Assembly: GCA_964636435.1 (NCBI GenBank)
Contig: CAZWRS010000001.1
Span: forward strand, 11,345-75,344
DNA from: an uncultured Candidatus Saccharibacteria bacterium
GTDB taxonomy: Bacteria; Patescibacteriota; Saccharimonadia; Saccharimonadales; JAGQNK01
Reading direction: 5' to 3'
Length of the DNA stretch: 64,000 bases
The notes below the pieces were generated by a model. The model had not been told where the DNA came from, did not search any database, and saw only the letters and a program-made list of their open reading frames with translations. A program made the translations under genes and the position numbers. Positions 43,449 to 53,691 of this stretch are shown piece after piece. Position 1 is the first letter of the stretch. Every line of letters starts with the position of its first letter.

Positions 43449-43829
43449 TCACCTATGGCCCGTAATACAAATCACGTTGCCGCTCGGGTCCTTAAACCAA
43501 GCAGCCCTGCGCTTAGTGCTCAAAGACTGCTTGGCTTTCTTGGCAATTCTCATCGGGGCATTATCGTGCCTCTCAAACTGCAGCCCCCGCGCTTCGAGAG
43601 TCTGAAATAACCTTTCTGGCTGATGGACGATCCAGATTGCCGCTGGAGTTTTACTCGTACCAGCAAGATCTGATTGATACAGTGCAAACCGTGTGTTGCC
43701 GGCACGATACCATACACCATTCTCATCTTCGTCAATAATATCCATGCCGAGCGTTCTGCCATAAAAATCTATCGACTTTTTCAAGTCCTTGACGGGAATG
43801 GTTGCGTACAGCGGTATGTCGCTCAGCAT
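43449..43829 (-). CDS. VOC (glyoxalase/bleomycin-resistance) family protein
   Basis: YATIPVKDLKKSIDFYGRTLGM and AWFKDPSGNVICI are typical beta-alpha-beta-beta-beta module signatures. Confidence 0.7.
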   Translation of the reverse strand: MLSDIPLYATIPVKDLKKSIDFYGRTLGMDIIDEDENGVWYRAGNTRFALYQSDLAGTSKTPAAIWIVHQPERLFQTLEARGLQFERHDNAPMRIAKKAKQSLSTKRRAAWFKDPSGNVICITGHR

Positions 43830-43932
43830 AAGCTGATTCCTCGAGTGTGAGCCATTAGCGGTGGCCTATTGTCAATAATACACTTATTTATCAATCCTGC
43901 CAGCTAATTTTTTCTCTGAGGCTGACAAAATT

Positions 43933-45468
43933 TTAATCTGCTGGTTGGCCTGTCAGCGCGTCCTCACCGAAATGCTTCTTTATCCGAGCCCGAATTGAGC
44001 CGGGATGTCGGCCAAAAACTTCCGTCAGTTCCCTGACGGTTACCTCCCTCCCGTCGCTAAAAAGCTCAACGAGGCGCCTGTCATCAGCCTCACTCCATGG
44101 CTTATAGGCGTTCGGGTATTTTTTCCGCATTTTATCGAGCTTATCAGTCCACGAGTTGGATGTTACGGCGGTCTCTTCACGTTTTCGTGCTCGTTCAGCT
44201 GCTTGGTCACGCAAATACTCGAACCGTACGGCGTCCCTGGCCGCCCGACTACGTAAGTCTTCATCAATTGCCAGCGCCTCGGAACTGACTCGCAGTGCCA
44301 TCTGGTTGATACCAGCCAAGCTCAATGTCTCCAGGCTACGTACGCGACTGAGTGCCACGTAACCCATACCCTCAACAAATGCTTTCCTGAGGTCTATTCG
44401 TGCAGCATCTAGCGTCATACCTTGGCTTTTATGGACAGTGATCGCCCAAGCCAGCCGCAGCGGAATCTGACTGAGTGCTGCGCGTTTTTTGTCACCGTCG
44501 CGAAGTTCCCACGCCTCGGGCGCAATAGTTATTTTTCGTCCATCTTTGAGCTCAATTATTGGATAGCCTGTTTCTTTTTCGAAGCCAGCAACAACCCCGA
44601 GCGAGCCGTTGACGTACTTCTTCTCAGGATTGTTGCGAATACACATAACGAGCGCACCTTCCTTCAGCACCACCTCCTCCTGCGCCAGACACGACCGCTT
44701 GAGCGTTTCAACATAACTGGACTTGCCGCTCGTGCTCATGGTGTAAACATGAACATCTCCGTCCAATTGGCGCAACCGCTCCTGGTTAATGGCGTCCACG
44801 TCCACATTAGTGGTATGCAACTCGGTAGCCTCCTCAAAAGGATCATACGCACCGCGCCGCGCCAGCAGCGCTTCAGCGTGACGGCGGCGAATATCACCGG
44901 CGCGCATAGCATTGAGAATTTCCAGGAACGCATTGTCGTTTTGCCGATGCTGCTCAGTTAAGTAGCACACGACCGGGTCGAGCTCTTGCCAAACGTTGGC
45001 ATTGATTATAAAACTGCCTGGCCGGCTATCATTTCGAGTCACCGGTGGCAGTTGAAAAAAGTCTCCACACAGCACCACTTGGAGGCCACCGAACGGCGCG
45101 TCTACCTCACGGACTTTACGGGCAATTTCATCGACCATATCTAGCCGATAATCGTGCAGCATTGATACTTCATCGATAATCAGTACATCTGTTTTCCGGA
45201 TCGTCTCCCGTCGACCCTTGAGCAGGTGTTCATGAAAGTTGCGGGGTAACTCGTCGTGAATACCGATGCCGCTCCAGGCATGGATCGTATTACCATTCAG
45301 GTGTGTCGCCGCCAGACCGGTCGTGGCGGTGACTGACACGTGCCTGCCTTCCTGCTTGGCTCGTCGGATAAACTCATTGAGCACATACGTCTTACCAGAC
45401 CCGGCTGGTCCAGTTAGCAGCACACTTTCGCCTGCCCCCATGATTTCGAGTGCTAAAGTCTGATCCAT
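43933..45468 (-). CDS. Pif1/RecD-like SF1 helicase with C-terminal HTH-like tail
   Basis: Walker A GPAGSGKT, TGLAATHLNGNTIHAW, Walker B IIDEVSML, LCGDFFQLPPV, TVHKSQG and YVALSRV motifs. About 90 extra C-terminal residues. Confidence 0.85.
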   Translation of the reverse strand: MDQTLALEIMGAGESVLLTGPAGSGKTYVLNEFIRRAKQEGRHVSVTATTGLAATHLNGNTIHAWSGIGIHDELPRNFHEHLLKGRRETIRKTDVLIIDEVSMLHDYRLDMVDEIARKVREVDAPFGGLQVVLCGDFFQLPPVTRNDSRPGSFIINANVWQELDPVVCYLTEQHRQNDNAFLEILNAMRAGDIRRRHAEALLARRGAYDPFEEATELHTTNVDVDAINQERLRQLDGDVHVYTMSTSGKSSYVETLKRSCLAQEEVVLKEGALVMCIRNNPEKKYVNGSLGVVAGFEKETGYPIIELKDGRKITIAPEAWELRDGDKKRAALSQIPLRLAWAITVHKSQGMTLDAARIDLRKAFVEGMGYVALSRVRSLETLSLAGINQMALRVSSEALAIDEDLRSRAARDAVRFEYLRDQAAERARKREETAVTSNSWTDKLDKMRKKYPNAYKPWSEADDRRLVELFSDGREVTVRELTEVFGRHPGSIRARIKKHFGEDALTGQPAD

Positions 45469-45518
45469 AGTCTATCTAGTATAGCTGACCGTACTGACAC
45501 CCAGGTAAGCGGCGGGTA

Positions 45519-46556
45519 CTACAAGACCTGCTTCAGCAGCTCTTCTTCGTCTGCCTCTTTGATGAGTTTCTTGCTCTTGATTTCGTAGCGCAGCCCCGTT
45601 AGCGGCGACTCCATATAATCATCGTTGAGCAAGTTCACAAATTTATTTAGATCTTTGTCATCCATTAAAATGATTGCGCCCTGATCATCCAACATCAGCT
45701 CGATACCGATATCGTCAGCATGCTCTAGCAACTTCTCCTGCGTGGTGGCCGTCGGATCGACTTTTTGCAACTTGTTGACGAGTGCCTTCTTGCCCTTCAC
45801 TATCGCTTCGAGCGACTCTTCCTCATAGCTCAGCTTGAAGATCTCGCTGATCATTTTCATCTTCTGCACCGCAATACCGTACTTCTTGGCATTGTAGCCA
45901 AACAGACTATCTAACTTGGCAGGGTTAAAGGCATAGATGTCTTGATCGAGCACTAGCAGCTGATTGTCCGCCGGAATCTGCAGGCTACCGTCAGCATCGA
46001 ATGGCACGAATTTACCGTCCTTCATGAGCCACGCCGTACTGCCTTTCATGAGCGACGAACCAGGCAGACCTTTAATGATGTAGAACGGCTTTTTCAGCTC
46101 TGGATGACTGCAGCGCACCAGCACCCCCTTAATCCGCTTGAAGTCATGCTCCTCTTCTACAAACGGTTCAATCTCTGCCTCTTGCGTCTTGAGCCAGCTA
46201 AGCAGCACCCGGGCGCTGTCGACATTTTTGAGCCGGGTGCGCTGCAGCACCTTACCCTCGGCCTCACCCTCCTCAAACTCGCGCACGATCATCCCCTCTT
46301 CTGCACCTGTCAAAACGTACTCCAGTAAATTATCGATGAGCAGCGGCTCTAGAGTTCGGCGCAAATCCTTACTAACGTTTGTCCTGTACACCACGTAGTT
46401 CTTGTTGAACAGAAACACTTCAATACGCAGCTCTTCTTTAATTGGCACGAGATTATTCGCCCACAGAAACACATCCGATGTTTCGTAGCGCTCCGCCTCT
46501 ACCTCCTGGGCTTCTGCAGATTTTGTTTGTTCAACTGCTACTGAAGGTTCTTCCAC
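45519..46556 (-). CDS. Acidic 345-aa protein, tentatively DUF4868/KwaB-like
   Basis: GTG start with GGAG 9 nt upstream, 50 nt upstream of the helicase on the same strand. The C-terminal NKFVNLLNDDYMESPLTGLRYEIKSKK segment recalls DUF4868-type proteins from memory only. Confidence 0.4.
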   Translation of the reverse strand: MEEPSVAVEQTKSAEAQEVEAERYETSDVFLWANNLVPIKEELRIEVFLFNKNYVVYRTNVSKDLRRTLEPLLIDNLLEYVLTGAEEGMIVREFEEGEAEGKVLQRTRLKNVDSARVLLSWLKTQEAEIEPFVEEEHDFKRIKGVLVRCSHPELKKPFYIIKGLPGSSLMKGSTAWLMKDGKFVPFDADGSLQIPADNQLLVLDQDIYAFNPAKLDSLFGYNAKKYGIAVQKMKMISEIFKLSYEEESLEAIVKGKKALVNKLQKVDPTATTQEKLLEHADDIGIELMLDDQGAIILMDDKDLNKFVNLLNDDYMESPLTGLRYEIKSKKLIKEADEEELLKQVL

Positions 46557-46666
46557 TGTTTATCTCCGTTTTGTCGTATTTAAATGTCGTGATGAATAGT
46601 TACGCAATCAACGAACCCTATTCTACCTGATTCTGTCTCAAATAAATGGTGTAAAATCCGCAAGGC

Positions 46667-47131
46667 TTATTTTCTAAAGGGACGCCACTCTATGCGACCA
46701 TCTTTTCTGAAGTTGACCTCGTCCATAAGTACAAATAAGCTCGGCGTCAGTCGATACATTCGATGGTGGTTCGCTCCGATGATAAAATTTTTATAAAACT
46801 CTCTACCTACGCCATACTTGGACACATACTTTTGCACTACACTCTCGACAACTCCCGCATCCTCGACCTCCTCAGCAATGCCCTCGATTTGTACTCCGAT
46901 AATAGGCTGATCTTGCTTAATGGCAATAGCCGCAGCGACCTTACTGTTACCCATCAACTCCTTGCTATGCCGCCGCGTAGGCCAGCTGAGCCAGTATAAA
47001 TTTAGCTCGTCATCGGCTACGAAATATACCGTACATACCCAAGGCTGATTACCGGCAACCGTTGCTAGCTGCATTGCCTGAGTATCTCCACACATGTATT
47101 GACGGATTTTCTCACCTACTCGATCGTGCAT
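46667..47131 (-). CDS. Pyridoxamine 5'-phosphate oxidase-like FMN-binding split-barrel protein
   Basis: MQLATVAGNQPWVCTVYFVADDELNLYWLS and the general PNPOx-like layout. Confidence 0.65.
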   Translation of the reverse strand: MHDRVGEKIRQYMCGDTQAMQLATVAGNQPWVCTVYFVADDELNLYWLSWPTRRHSKELMGNSKVAAAIAIKQDQPIIGVQIEGIAEEVEDAGVVESVVQKYVSKYGVGREFYKNFIIGANHHRMYRLTPSLFVLMDEVNFRKDGRIEWRPFRK

Positions 47132-47242
47132 ATCTTTCTCTGTACGCTACTTTAATGCAATATTACACGAACACGAAATCAGTCATTATGACCACCGCAA
47201 ATACCCACATCAAAATAACTGTAGTTCGGTATAATATAACCC

Positions 47243-47533
47243 GTGTCAAAGCAGAAAAAGTACTGGTTCAAACGCCGTCGCTACGGCTGGGGCTGGCTGC
47301 CAGTAACGTGGCAGGGCTGGCTGACGGTCGCAGTGTTTTTGGCGCTGTCACTCAGCGCTGCCCGCTTACTGCCGCCAAAGCCTCAGCAGCCGGCAACCAG
47401 CGAGTTGGTGAGCTTTTTAGCCATTCTCTTAGGATTGACAGTCGCCCTGCTAGCTATAGGCTACGCCAAAGGCCCTGCGCCGCGCTGGCGCTGGGGCAAA
47501 AAACCATCAGACACCCCGGATGAAGATTTTTAA
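47243..47533 (+). CDS. Small 2-TM membrane protein
   Basis: 96 aa with KKYWFKRRRYGWGW followed by two hydrophobic helices. One of the few + strand genes on this side. Confidence 0.5.
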   Translation: MSKQKKYWFKRRRYGWGWLPVTWQGWLTVAVFLALSLSAARLLPPKPQQPATSELVSFLAILLGLTVALLAIGYAKGPAPRWRWGKKPSDTPDEDF

Positions 47534-47573
47534 GCAGAACGGAAACAAGCTTGTCTATTATTAATGCGCTTTG

Positions 47574-48140
47574 CTAGTGCCTCGTAGCCTTGAGCTTTGC
47601 AGTGGTTATCACGCCACCTTGCTTCTGATGCTTTGCTATTCTTCTCGCCTGCTTGGCCTTAGCAGCCGCCGACAAGCCGGTTGCGACTATATGCAAAGCA
47701 AAGAAGGGCATCATAGTAGCTACAGCCTTCTCTACCCAGTCATACTCCGACTGGTCTTTAATCTTTTCGAATTCTGACCGAGCAGTATCTACAGACTTAA
47801 ACTCGTTGGCCGCTTGTTTGGCAAGCTCTGCATGAAACACGCCAGGCCCATCATCACACACCTGCCTCAGCGCCTCTTCTGTTTTTTTGGCCGATTTCGG
47901 TGCAGCATAATAGTTTTCGCTGGCAACCGATAGCCCCGATAGCACCCCTCGCCCACAGTCACTACCTGCAAGCGCAATATAGCCAGCCTGCTGCTGCAAG
48001 TAGCGCTCTTGGGCCGCCTCAACCTCCTGGGGTGTGGCACTGTTCAAACGCTCTCCCAGTTCGTAGCCACCGTATCCAATGCCGCCAACAATTCCCGCTG
48101 CGCCTATAGTCATCGCAGCGCCAGCAATAAACTTCCTCAC
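47574..48140 (-). CDS. Hypothetical membrane protein (188 aa)
   Basis: N-terminal Gly-rich TM and a second TM near the C-terminus; no motif recognised. Confidence 0.5.
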   Translation of the reverse strand: MRKFIAGAAMTIGAAGIVGGIGYGGYELGERLNSATPQEVEAAQERYLQQQAGYIALAGSDCGRGVLSGLSVASENYYAAPKSAKKTEEALRQVCDDGPGVFHAELAKQAANEFKSVDTARSEFEKIKDQSEYDWVEKAVATMMPFFALHIVATGLSAAAKAKQARRIAKHQKQGGVITTAKLKATRH

Positions 48141-48217
48141 CTCAGGACCTCCATACTCCAGACAATCTCTTTACCTTATTAATAATGATACTACATTTCT
48201 GTAGCTCCTATGCTGTT

Positions 48218-48988
48218 CTAGAAATTCTTTCGAATCGTCAGCTCAACTAGTTCACCCGTCCAAATCTCAAACGCTAATGCACCCTGCTCAATGAGCATGC
48301 TTAACCCACTGGCACTTTGAAGCCCTTTCGAGCTTGCCCATTCACAAAACCACGTCGGCCTACCCGACCGAATGTATTGAACATCGTAGACAAACGAAGT
48401 TGGCTGGACGAAATCCTCCAGCCAGCTAACATCAAATGGATCTGGTGCGGAAGTAGCGTGCACAACAAGATCATAAAAGCCCTCCACTTGATCTGTAGCG
48501 CCTAATGCTTTAGTAAAACGTCGCACACTCTCTCTGCTCCTTCCCCAGACTGCTGCTCCTTGGGCTCCCATCGTCTGAAGCTCGCCAATAATTCCAGCTG
48601 CCACACCACCTGTACCCAGCACAATAACGCGCCTGTCACGCACATCAAGCCCATGATAGTTATGCAGAGCCGAAACGACACCAGGACCATCAGTGTTATA
48701 CCCAATGAGCTGCCCATTATCATTATGTACGCAGTTAACTGAGCTCACTCGACGGGCCAGACCACGCACCTCATCCAGCAGTTCTGCCACCTGCTCTTTG
48801 AATGGGGCTGTTATGCTCGCACCGTGTCCACCGCTAGCAAAAAAAGACCGAAATGCCTCCTCAAAGCCTTCTGCGCTAACCTGGATTCTATGGAAGTCCA
48901 CCTCCCTTCCAGTGGTCTTTCCAAAATACGTATGCAGCTCTTCAGAAAAACTCTGTGACAAGTCTCCGCCAAATACACCCAGCTTCAT
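48218..48988 (-). CDS. aroE: Shikimate dehydrogenase
   Basis: GASITAPFK, SVNCV, GYNTDGPG, LGTGGVAAG (NADP-binding). Confidence 0.8.
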   Translation of the reverse strand: MKLGVFGGDLSQSFSEELHTYFGKTTGREVDFHRIQVSAEGFEEAFRSFFASGGHGASITAPFKEQVAELLDEVRGLARRVSSVNCVHNDNGQLIGYNTDGPGVVSALHNYHGLDVRDRRVIVLGTGGVAAGIIGELQTMGAQGAAVWGRSRESVRRFTKALGATDQVEGFYDLVVHATSAPDPFDVSWLEDFVQPTSFVYDVQYIRSGRPTWFCEWASSKGLQSASGLSMLIEQGALAFEIWTGELVELTIRKNF

Positions 48989-49092
48989 ATGCTCTTAACT
49001 ATATCAGTAAGCCCTGTAATATCCTGCTCTTGCTCTGCGCCTATCCACAGCAAGCTTAAGTCTCTTAGCTACAATTGCTCTAGACAAACCCA

Positions 49093-49746
49093 CTAGTCAC
49101 TTCCACGATGTATCGCATGCAATGCACCCCAGAGCAAACTCAACTCTTCAAAAAGCTGCTCTGCGTCATACTGTGTTCCAAGACTCATGTCATCGTAAAA
49201 TGAATTATTTTTTAATAGTAAATTTGCTTCAGGGAAATTTGAGCCTGCCGCACCCTGCGCAATTTGCGCATCCGACACACCTTCTAGCAAGTCTAATTGC
49301 TGCTGACCCACTAGCAGTAAAGGGCCTTCCTGCTCGGAATCATTCGGCAGTATTAACGCATAGTGCTGCATGTACCCAGAATTCACCAAGCCGCCCTTGA
49401 GAGTCGACCACTCCATGGCCATATTATATAATTCGCCGTATGCCTGCTCACCTCTCTCGTGAGTACGATTCACCGTTATACGCAGCCTTAGTGGCCGCAC
49501 ATACGCAATCTCTCCGCTGTCGCCTGCAGTCAATACTTCTGCTTCGAACCACTCATTAACCACAGCCGCACTACATAAAGCTGAGCGGTCATCTAATTTA
49601 GCCGAGATGATATCGTCTATGTATTCAGATAGTATACTGGCAGTATCGTGATCAATCGGCGCATGCATAACTGCCCGCTCCCACCGCACATCCGGTGAGT
49701 CAGCCATAAATTCACTCATAATGCACGCATTGTAGCAGCTAGTCAT
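49093..49746 (-). CDS. Hypothetical protein (217 aa)
   Basis: Long ORF; no motif recognised; start uncertain. Confidence 0.5.
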   Translation of the reverse strand: MTSCYNACIMSEFMADSPDVRWERAVMHAPIDHDTASILSEYIDDIISAKLDDRSALCSAAVVNEWFEAEVLTAGDSGEIAYVRPLRLRITVNRTHERGEQAYGELYNMAMEWSTLKGGLVNSGYMQHYALILPNDSEQEGPLLLVGQQQLDLLEGVSDAQIAQGAAGSNFPEANLLLKNNSFYDDMSLGTQYDAEQLFEELSLLWGALHAIHRGSD

Positions 49747-49877
49747 GTTTCTCTGCCAAGGCTTACGAATGAGCGTAAAGACTAATACTGAAGACGGTGC
49801 CAGCTGATTTAGTAAGTACCATTCGCTCTAAGCTAATCAATTCAGCATTTGCATTCTGTAGAACCAGTAAGCCCACC

Positions 49878-50441
49878 CTATGTCTGCTCTGTGGCTCTCT
49901 TAACCCTCTTCAGGTATTCTTGATAGGTCATGTAAGTTTTTGGATCCTTTACACGATCCACGAAAAGGACTCCGTTCAGGTGGTCTACCTCGTGCTGTAC
50001 GACCTGTGCGTTCAGGCCAGTCAATGTTTTCGTTTGCGTATGGCCATTTTTGTCTAAGTACTTCACCGTCACGTCACTGTACCTAAGTACTTGCGCAAAT
50101 AAATCCGCCCTGACATTGCTGCCAGCACTTATGCATCCTTCCCACATTTTCTTGCGCCGACCTTTTGTCTCGACAATTTTAGGGTTAATCATTACGAGCT
50201 CAAACGGCTCAATGCCTGGCCGTAGTTTTGTCGGACGAATTACAATAACAGCAAGCGCTATACCCTCACCAACCTGTGGCGCGGCTAGCCCAATGCCAAG
50301 CTGCTCTTCTGTTAGAGTGTAGCGCATATTCAGGATGAGCTGCTGAATCTTGGCAGACCTAACCTCTGACGCTGTAAGCTGTCTGGCCACCTCACGAAGG
50401 ACAGGGTTTCCAAACTGAGTTCGCGTAAGCACCTTCATCAT
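49878..50441 (-). CDS. def: Peptide deformylase
   Basis: GIGLAAPQVG, EGCIS and HEVDHLNG metal-binding motifs. Confidence 0.92.
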   Translation of the reverse strand: MMKVLTRTQFGNPVLREVARQLTASEVRSAKIQQLILNMRYTLTEEQLGIGLAAPQVGEGIALAVIVIRPTKLRPGIEPFELVMINPKIVETKGRRKKMWEGCISAGSNVRADLFAQVLRYSDVTVKYLDKNGHTQTKTLTGLNAQVVQHEVDHLNGVLFVDRVKDPKTYMTYQEYLKRVKRATEQT

Positions 50442-50530
50442 TATGCTCTACTAGCTTCATAGGACTTCATCAGCCACTGTCTTGCTGCTACTGAAATCCA
50501 AAATAATATGCGGAGTAATATGCCTAACCC

Positions 50531-51880
50531 CTAACCTTGTACGCTGTCTATAAGCTTTTCGATACCTACTCGCTCTTGCTCAGTTGTGTCACGATCACGA
50601 ATGGTTACCGCGCCATCCTCCAGCGTGTCGAAATCTATGACAACACAGTATGGTGTACCGATTTCGTCCTGGCGGCGATAGCGTTTACCGATATTGCCGT
50701 TGTCGTCCCACATGACATTACCGACGTCTTTCTTTAGCATAGTGTATACTTCGCGGGCTTTTTCTACCAACTCCGGCTTGTTTTTAAGCAGCGGTGATAC
50801 GGCTATGCGGTATGGCGCCAACTCCGGCTTGAGCTTAAGTACCACGCGTTTTTCCCCGTGTACCTCTTCTTCATGATATGCATCTGTCAGGACAGCTAGG
50901 AACATACGGCCGACTCCAACTGATGATTCGATAACGTATGGCAGGAATCGCTCACGCGTAGCATCATCAAAGTACTGTAGATCTTTACCACTGACCCGCT
51001 GATGATTTCCGAGGTCAAAGTCAGTTCGATTATGCGTACCCCACAGTTCCTTAAAACCCTGAGGAAAATTGAAGTAAATATCATGTGCAGCTGCCGCATA
51101 ATGAGCTCGCTCATTCTCTGCATGCTCATGCCACTGCAAATTCTGCTCATCAATACCAAGGCGATCAGTCAAGAACTCCCATGCAAACTCACGCCAGTCT
51201 TCATACGCCTTCCCTTGGTCTTCTGGGCGGATGAAATACTGCATCTCCATCTGCTCGAGCTCACGAACGCGAAAGATAAAATCACGCGGGCTGATTTCGT
51301 TACGAAACGCCTTACCTATCTGAGCAACACCAAATGGTAATTTAGCCCGCATAGTCTCACGAACATTTTCATAGTTAGTAAAGATTGAGCCAGCTGTCTC
51401 TGGGCGCAAATACGCGATTGATGACTCATCCTCTACTGGGCCCACCCAGGTTTTCATCATCATGTTATATGTCCGTGGCTCAGTCAGCGCTTTCTTGCCG
51501 CAAGTCGGACAGGCCTTATCTTTGAGCAGACCTGCCAGCTCTTTTAGGTCGGTAGAATCTGTGCCAGCTAAATGGTCGGCGCGGTGCCGTGCGCCACAAT
51601 TTTTGCAGTCCACCAATGGATCCGTAAAACCAGCCACGTGGCCACTTGCTTCCCAAAGCCGGGGATTTTGGATAATAGCGCCGTCGACACCGAAAATATT
51701 CTCACTTTCGGTAACCATAGCCTTCCACCATTCAGCTTTGATTTTATTAACCAGCTCAACGCCGAGCGGACCATAATCCCAAAAACCAGCCAAGCCGCCA
51801 TATATTTCTGACGCCTGAAAAACAAACCCTCGGCGCTTGCACAGGCTGACAATATCTTCCATTTTTACAGATTCTTTCAT
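50531..51880 (-). CDS. glyQS: Glycyl-tRNA synthetase (alpha2 dimeric, class II)
   Basis: RGFVFQASEIYGG, YLRPETAGSIF, FRNEISPRDFIFRVRELEQME, C-terminal anticodon-binding domain. Confidence 0.95.
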   Translation of the reverse strand: MKESVKMEDIVSLCKRRGFVFQASEIYGGLAGFWDYGPLGVELVNKIKAEWWKAMVTESENIFGVDGAIIQNPRLWEASGHVAGFTDPLVDCKNCGARHRADHLAGTDSTDLKELAGLLKDKACPTCGKKALTEPRTYNMMMKTWVGPVEDESSIAYLRPETAGSIFTNYENVRETMRAKLPFGVAQIGKAFRNEISPRDFIFRVRELEQMEMQYFIRPEDQGKAYEDWREFAWEFLTDRLGIDEQNLQWHEHAENERAHYAAAAHDIYFNFPQGFKELWGTHNRTDFDLGNHQRVSGKDLQYFDDATRERFLPYVIESSVGVGRMFLAVLTDAYHEEEVHGEKRVVLKLKPELAPYRIAVSPLLKNKPELVEKAREVYTMLKKDVGNVMWDDNGNIGKRYRRQDEIGTPYCVVIDFDTLEDGAVTIRDRDTTEQERVGIEKLIDSVQG

Positions 51881-51901
51881 GATGCTCAGTATTATAACAG
51901 A

Positions 51902-52291
51902 TTAGAAAGACTGCCAGCTGCCGCCGGAACTTTCACCGGGCCGCGGCGGCAGCTTCAGCCTAGGCGCCTTTCGTTTGTGATTATGATGTCTCTGTACCTC
52001 CGCCATGCCCAATATAGAGCCACCAACCGCACCTGCTAGCATACCGAATCTTATGCCCGCAAGCGTTCCATCGGGCGATTCACTAGACGTATCACTGCGC
52101 TCCGTCACCAATTCTGCAAGCTCGGGCTGGGCAGCTTCTATCTTCACCCTATCCACGGGCTGCATCAACACGTCCGCGACCCCGCCATACAAAGTACCGA
52201 CGAAAGCGCCACACACGCCACCAATGGCTGCCGCAGCCACCAATGACAGGCGCGAGGGCTGACTGGTCCCGAGCTCTTTCTCTCTAGACAT
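51902..52291 (-). CDS. Small Gly-zipper membrane protein
   Basis: Two Gly/Ala-rich helices (AAAAIGGVCGAFVGTLYGG and FGMLAGAVGGSILGM) and a basic C-terminus. Confidence 0.5.
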   Translation of the reverse strand: MSREKELGTSQPSRLSLVAAAAIGGVCGAFVGTLYGGVADVLMQPVDRVKIEAAQPELAELVTERSDTSSESPDGTLAGIRFGMLAGAVGGSILGMAEVQRHHNHKRKAPRLKLPPRPGESSGGSWQSF

Positions 52292-52367
52292 AAATGTTAT
52301 TTATACTCAATAGGCTGGTGAAATTCAAGAACCCGAAGACCCGCCTTCAGCTGATCAGCTAGCTGGC

Positions 52368-52865
52368 TTAGCGCTGCTGGCCTTTAACCGCTATGGCTAC
52401 GGCATCAATAAAATTCTCGGCAATTCGATAATCAGGCAGCTCCATCTCTATCGTGCCACCATCTTCGTTCAGAACCTGCAGCTGGTAAGGTTGCCCCTGC
52501 AGCACTGTCATTCTATAGCCCGTTGCCGCCTTGGCTGCATGCGCCAGAATAGCGAACTCATCCCGCCTACCGGTCGCCATGACTATACCCGACAGTACAC
52601 TTTCCTCATTCGTATCATCACGGCGCACCTCACTCAAGGTCGCCGTCGCTGATGACTGGTCCACTGCTATCTGCAGCAGCGCCGTCTGCCCTTTATCAAC
52701 ACCGGTGAGTTCATCGGTGTTGTTAAGCACCAGCCTGCCAATATGCACTGGCACGTGTCGCCGCGCCTCAAATTCGCCCACCCCGAAGCACGCCGCTATT
52801 CCGTCATATAAGACCTGGTGCGAAGGATACAGCCATGGCTGGCTCTGCTCGAGAGCAATACTCAT
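52368..52865 (-). CDS. Hypothetical protein (165 aa)
   Basis: Long ORF; no motif recognised. Confidence 0.5.
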   Translation of the reverse strand: MSIALEQSQPWLYPSHQVLYDGIAACFGVGEFEARRHVPVHIGRLVLNNTDELTGVDKGQTALLQIAVDQSSATATLSEVRRDDTNEESVLSGIVMATGRRDEFAILAHAAKAATGYRMTVLQGQPYQLQVLNEDGGTIEMELPDYRIAENFIDAVAIAVKGQQR

Positions 52866-52948
52866 GTCATTATTATATCATATTTGTTATATTTGGTCCA
52901 GCAATGAGCTTCTTGGCCATGCTGACGGGTGGCACCATAATCTTCCTA

Positions 52949-53632
52949 CTACGCACTCTGTTCTGGTGGGTACTCGGACGCCATATCTGTTTGAGGAAAA
53001 CCGTGCCGCGCAATAAGCTTTATGATATCGCCGGGAGTGTTTACCGGCTTGTCGTACACCGAATCGAACAACGACTCGTCCGGATTCAGGTCATCGATCC
53101 CCTCTCCAACAGGGGCAAAGAGTTGGCGCTGGTCCTTGAGTGCAAAAGTACCGAGTGGGACGGTGCTATACCTCGTGAAATAACCACACATACGCTGCTC
53201 TATGCTGCCTTGCTTTAAGAACTTGGTCTGCGTAGCCATGTCCGACCACTGTAAATAACCACCCGTATCCAGCCAAAAAGAGCCTATGTTACCGTGGCTG
53301 ATGAGCACCATGTCAGACACTTCTTTGTCCCCCAAGTCGGCATAGACTTGATCTTGCGTAGCCTGTCGCCTGATATCTACACCGCCATAGTAACCCTTTC
53401 TCAATTGAGCAATTTCTTCTGCCTCACGATGAAAGGCATGTAGTTGCTCTGTAGAAGGATGCTCGCTGTCAGAACTCGGTATGTTCGAGACTACAATAAC
53501 CAGTCTGCCAAGCTTACTGGGCAGCGACAGCTGATCATTAAGCAATTTCTTTTCATGATCAGCAACCGCCTTATGCAGCCTTGCATTGAACTTCCGTTCA
53601 CCTTTGCTCAGAGACGGTTTGGATATGGCCAT
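52949..53632 (-). CDS. Hypothetical protein (227 aa)
   Basis: Long ORF. The VSDMVLISHGNIGSFWLDTGG segment is noted, but no family was assigned. Confidence 0.5.
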   Translation of the reverse strand: MAISKPSLSKGERKFNARLHKAVADHEKKLLNDQLSLPSKLGRLVIVVSNIPSSDSEHPSTEQLHAFHREAEEIAQLRKGYYGGVDIRRQATQDQVYADLGDKEVSDMVLISHGNIGSFWLDTGGYLQWSDMATQTKFLKQGSIEQRMCGYFTRYSTVPLGTFALKDQRQLFAPVGEGIDDLNPDESLFDSVYDKPVNTPGDIIKLIARHGFPQTDMASEYPPEQSA

Positions 53633-53691
53633 ACTTCACATTAGCGGTTAGTTATAAGCAAACAATAGAAGATATTTGTGGCGGTCGCAAG

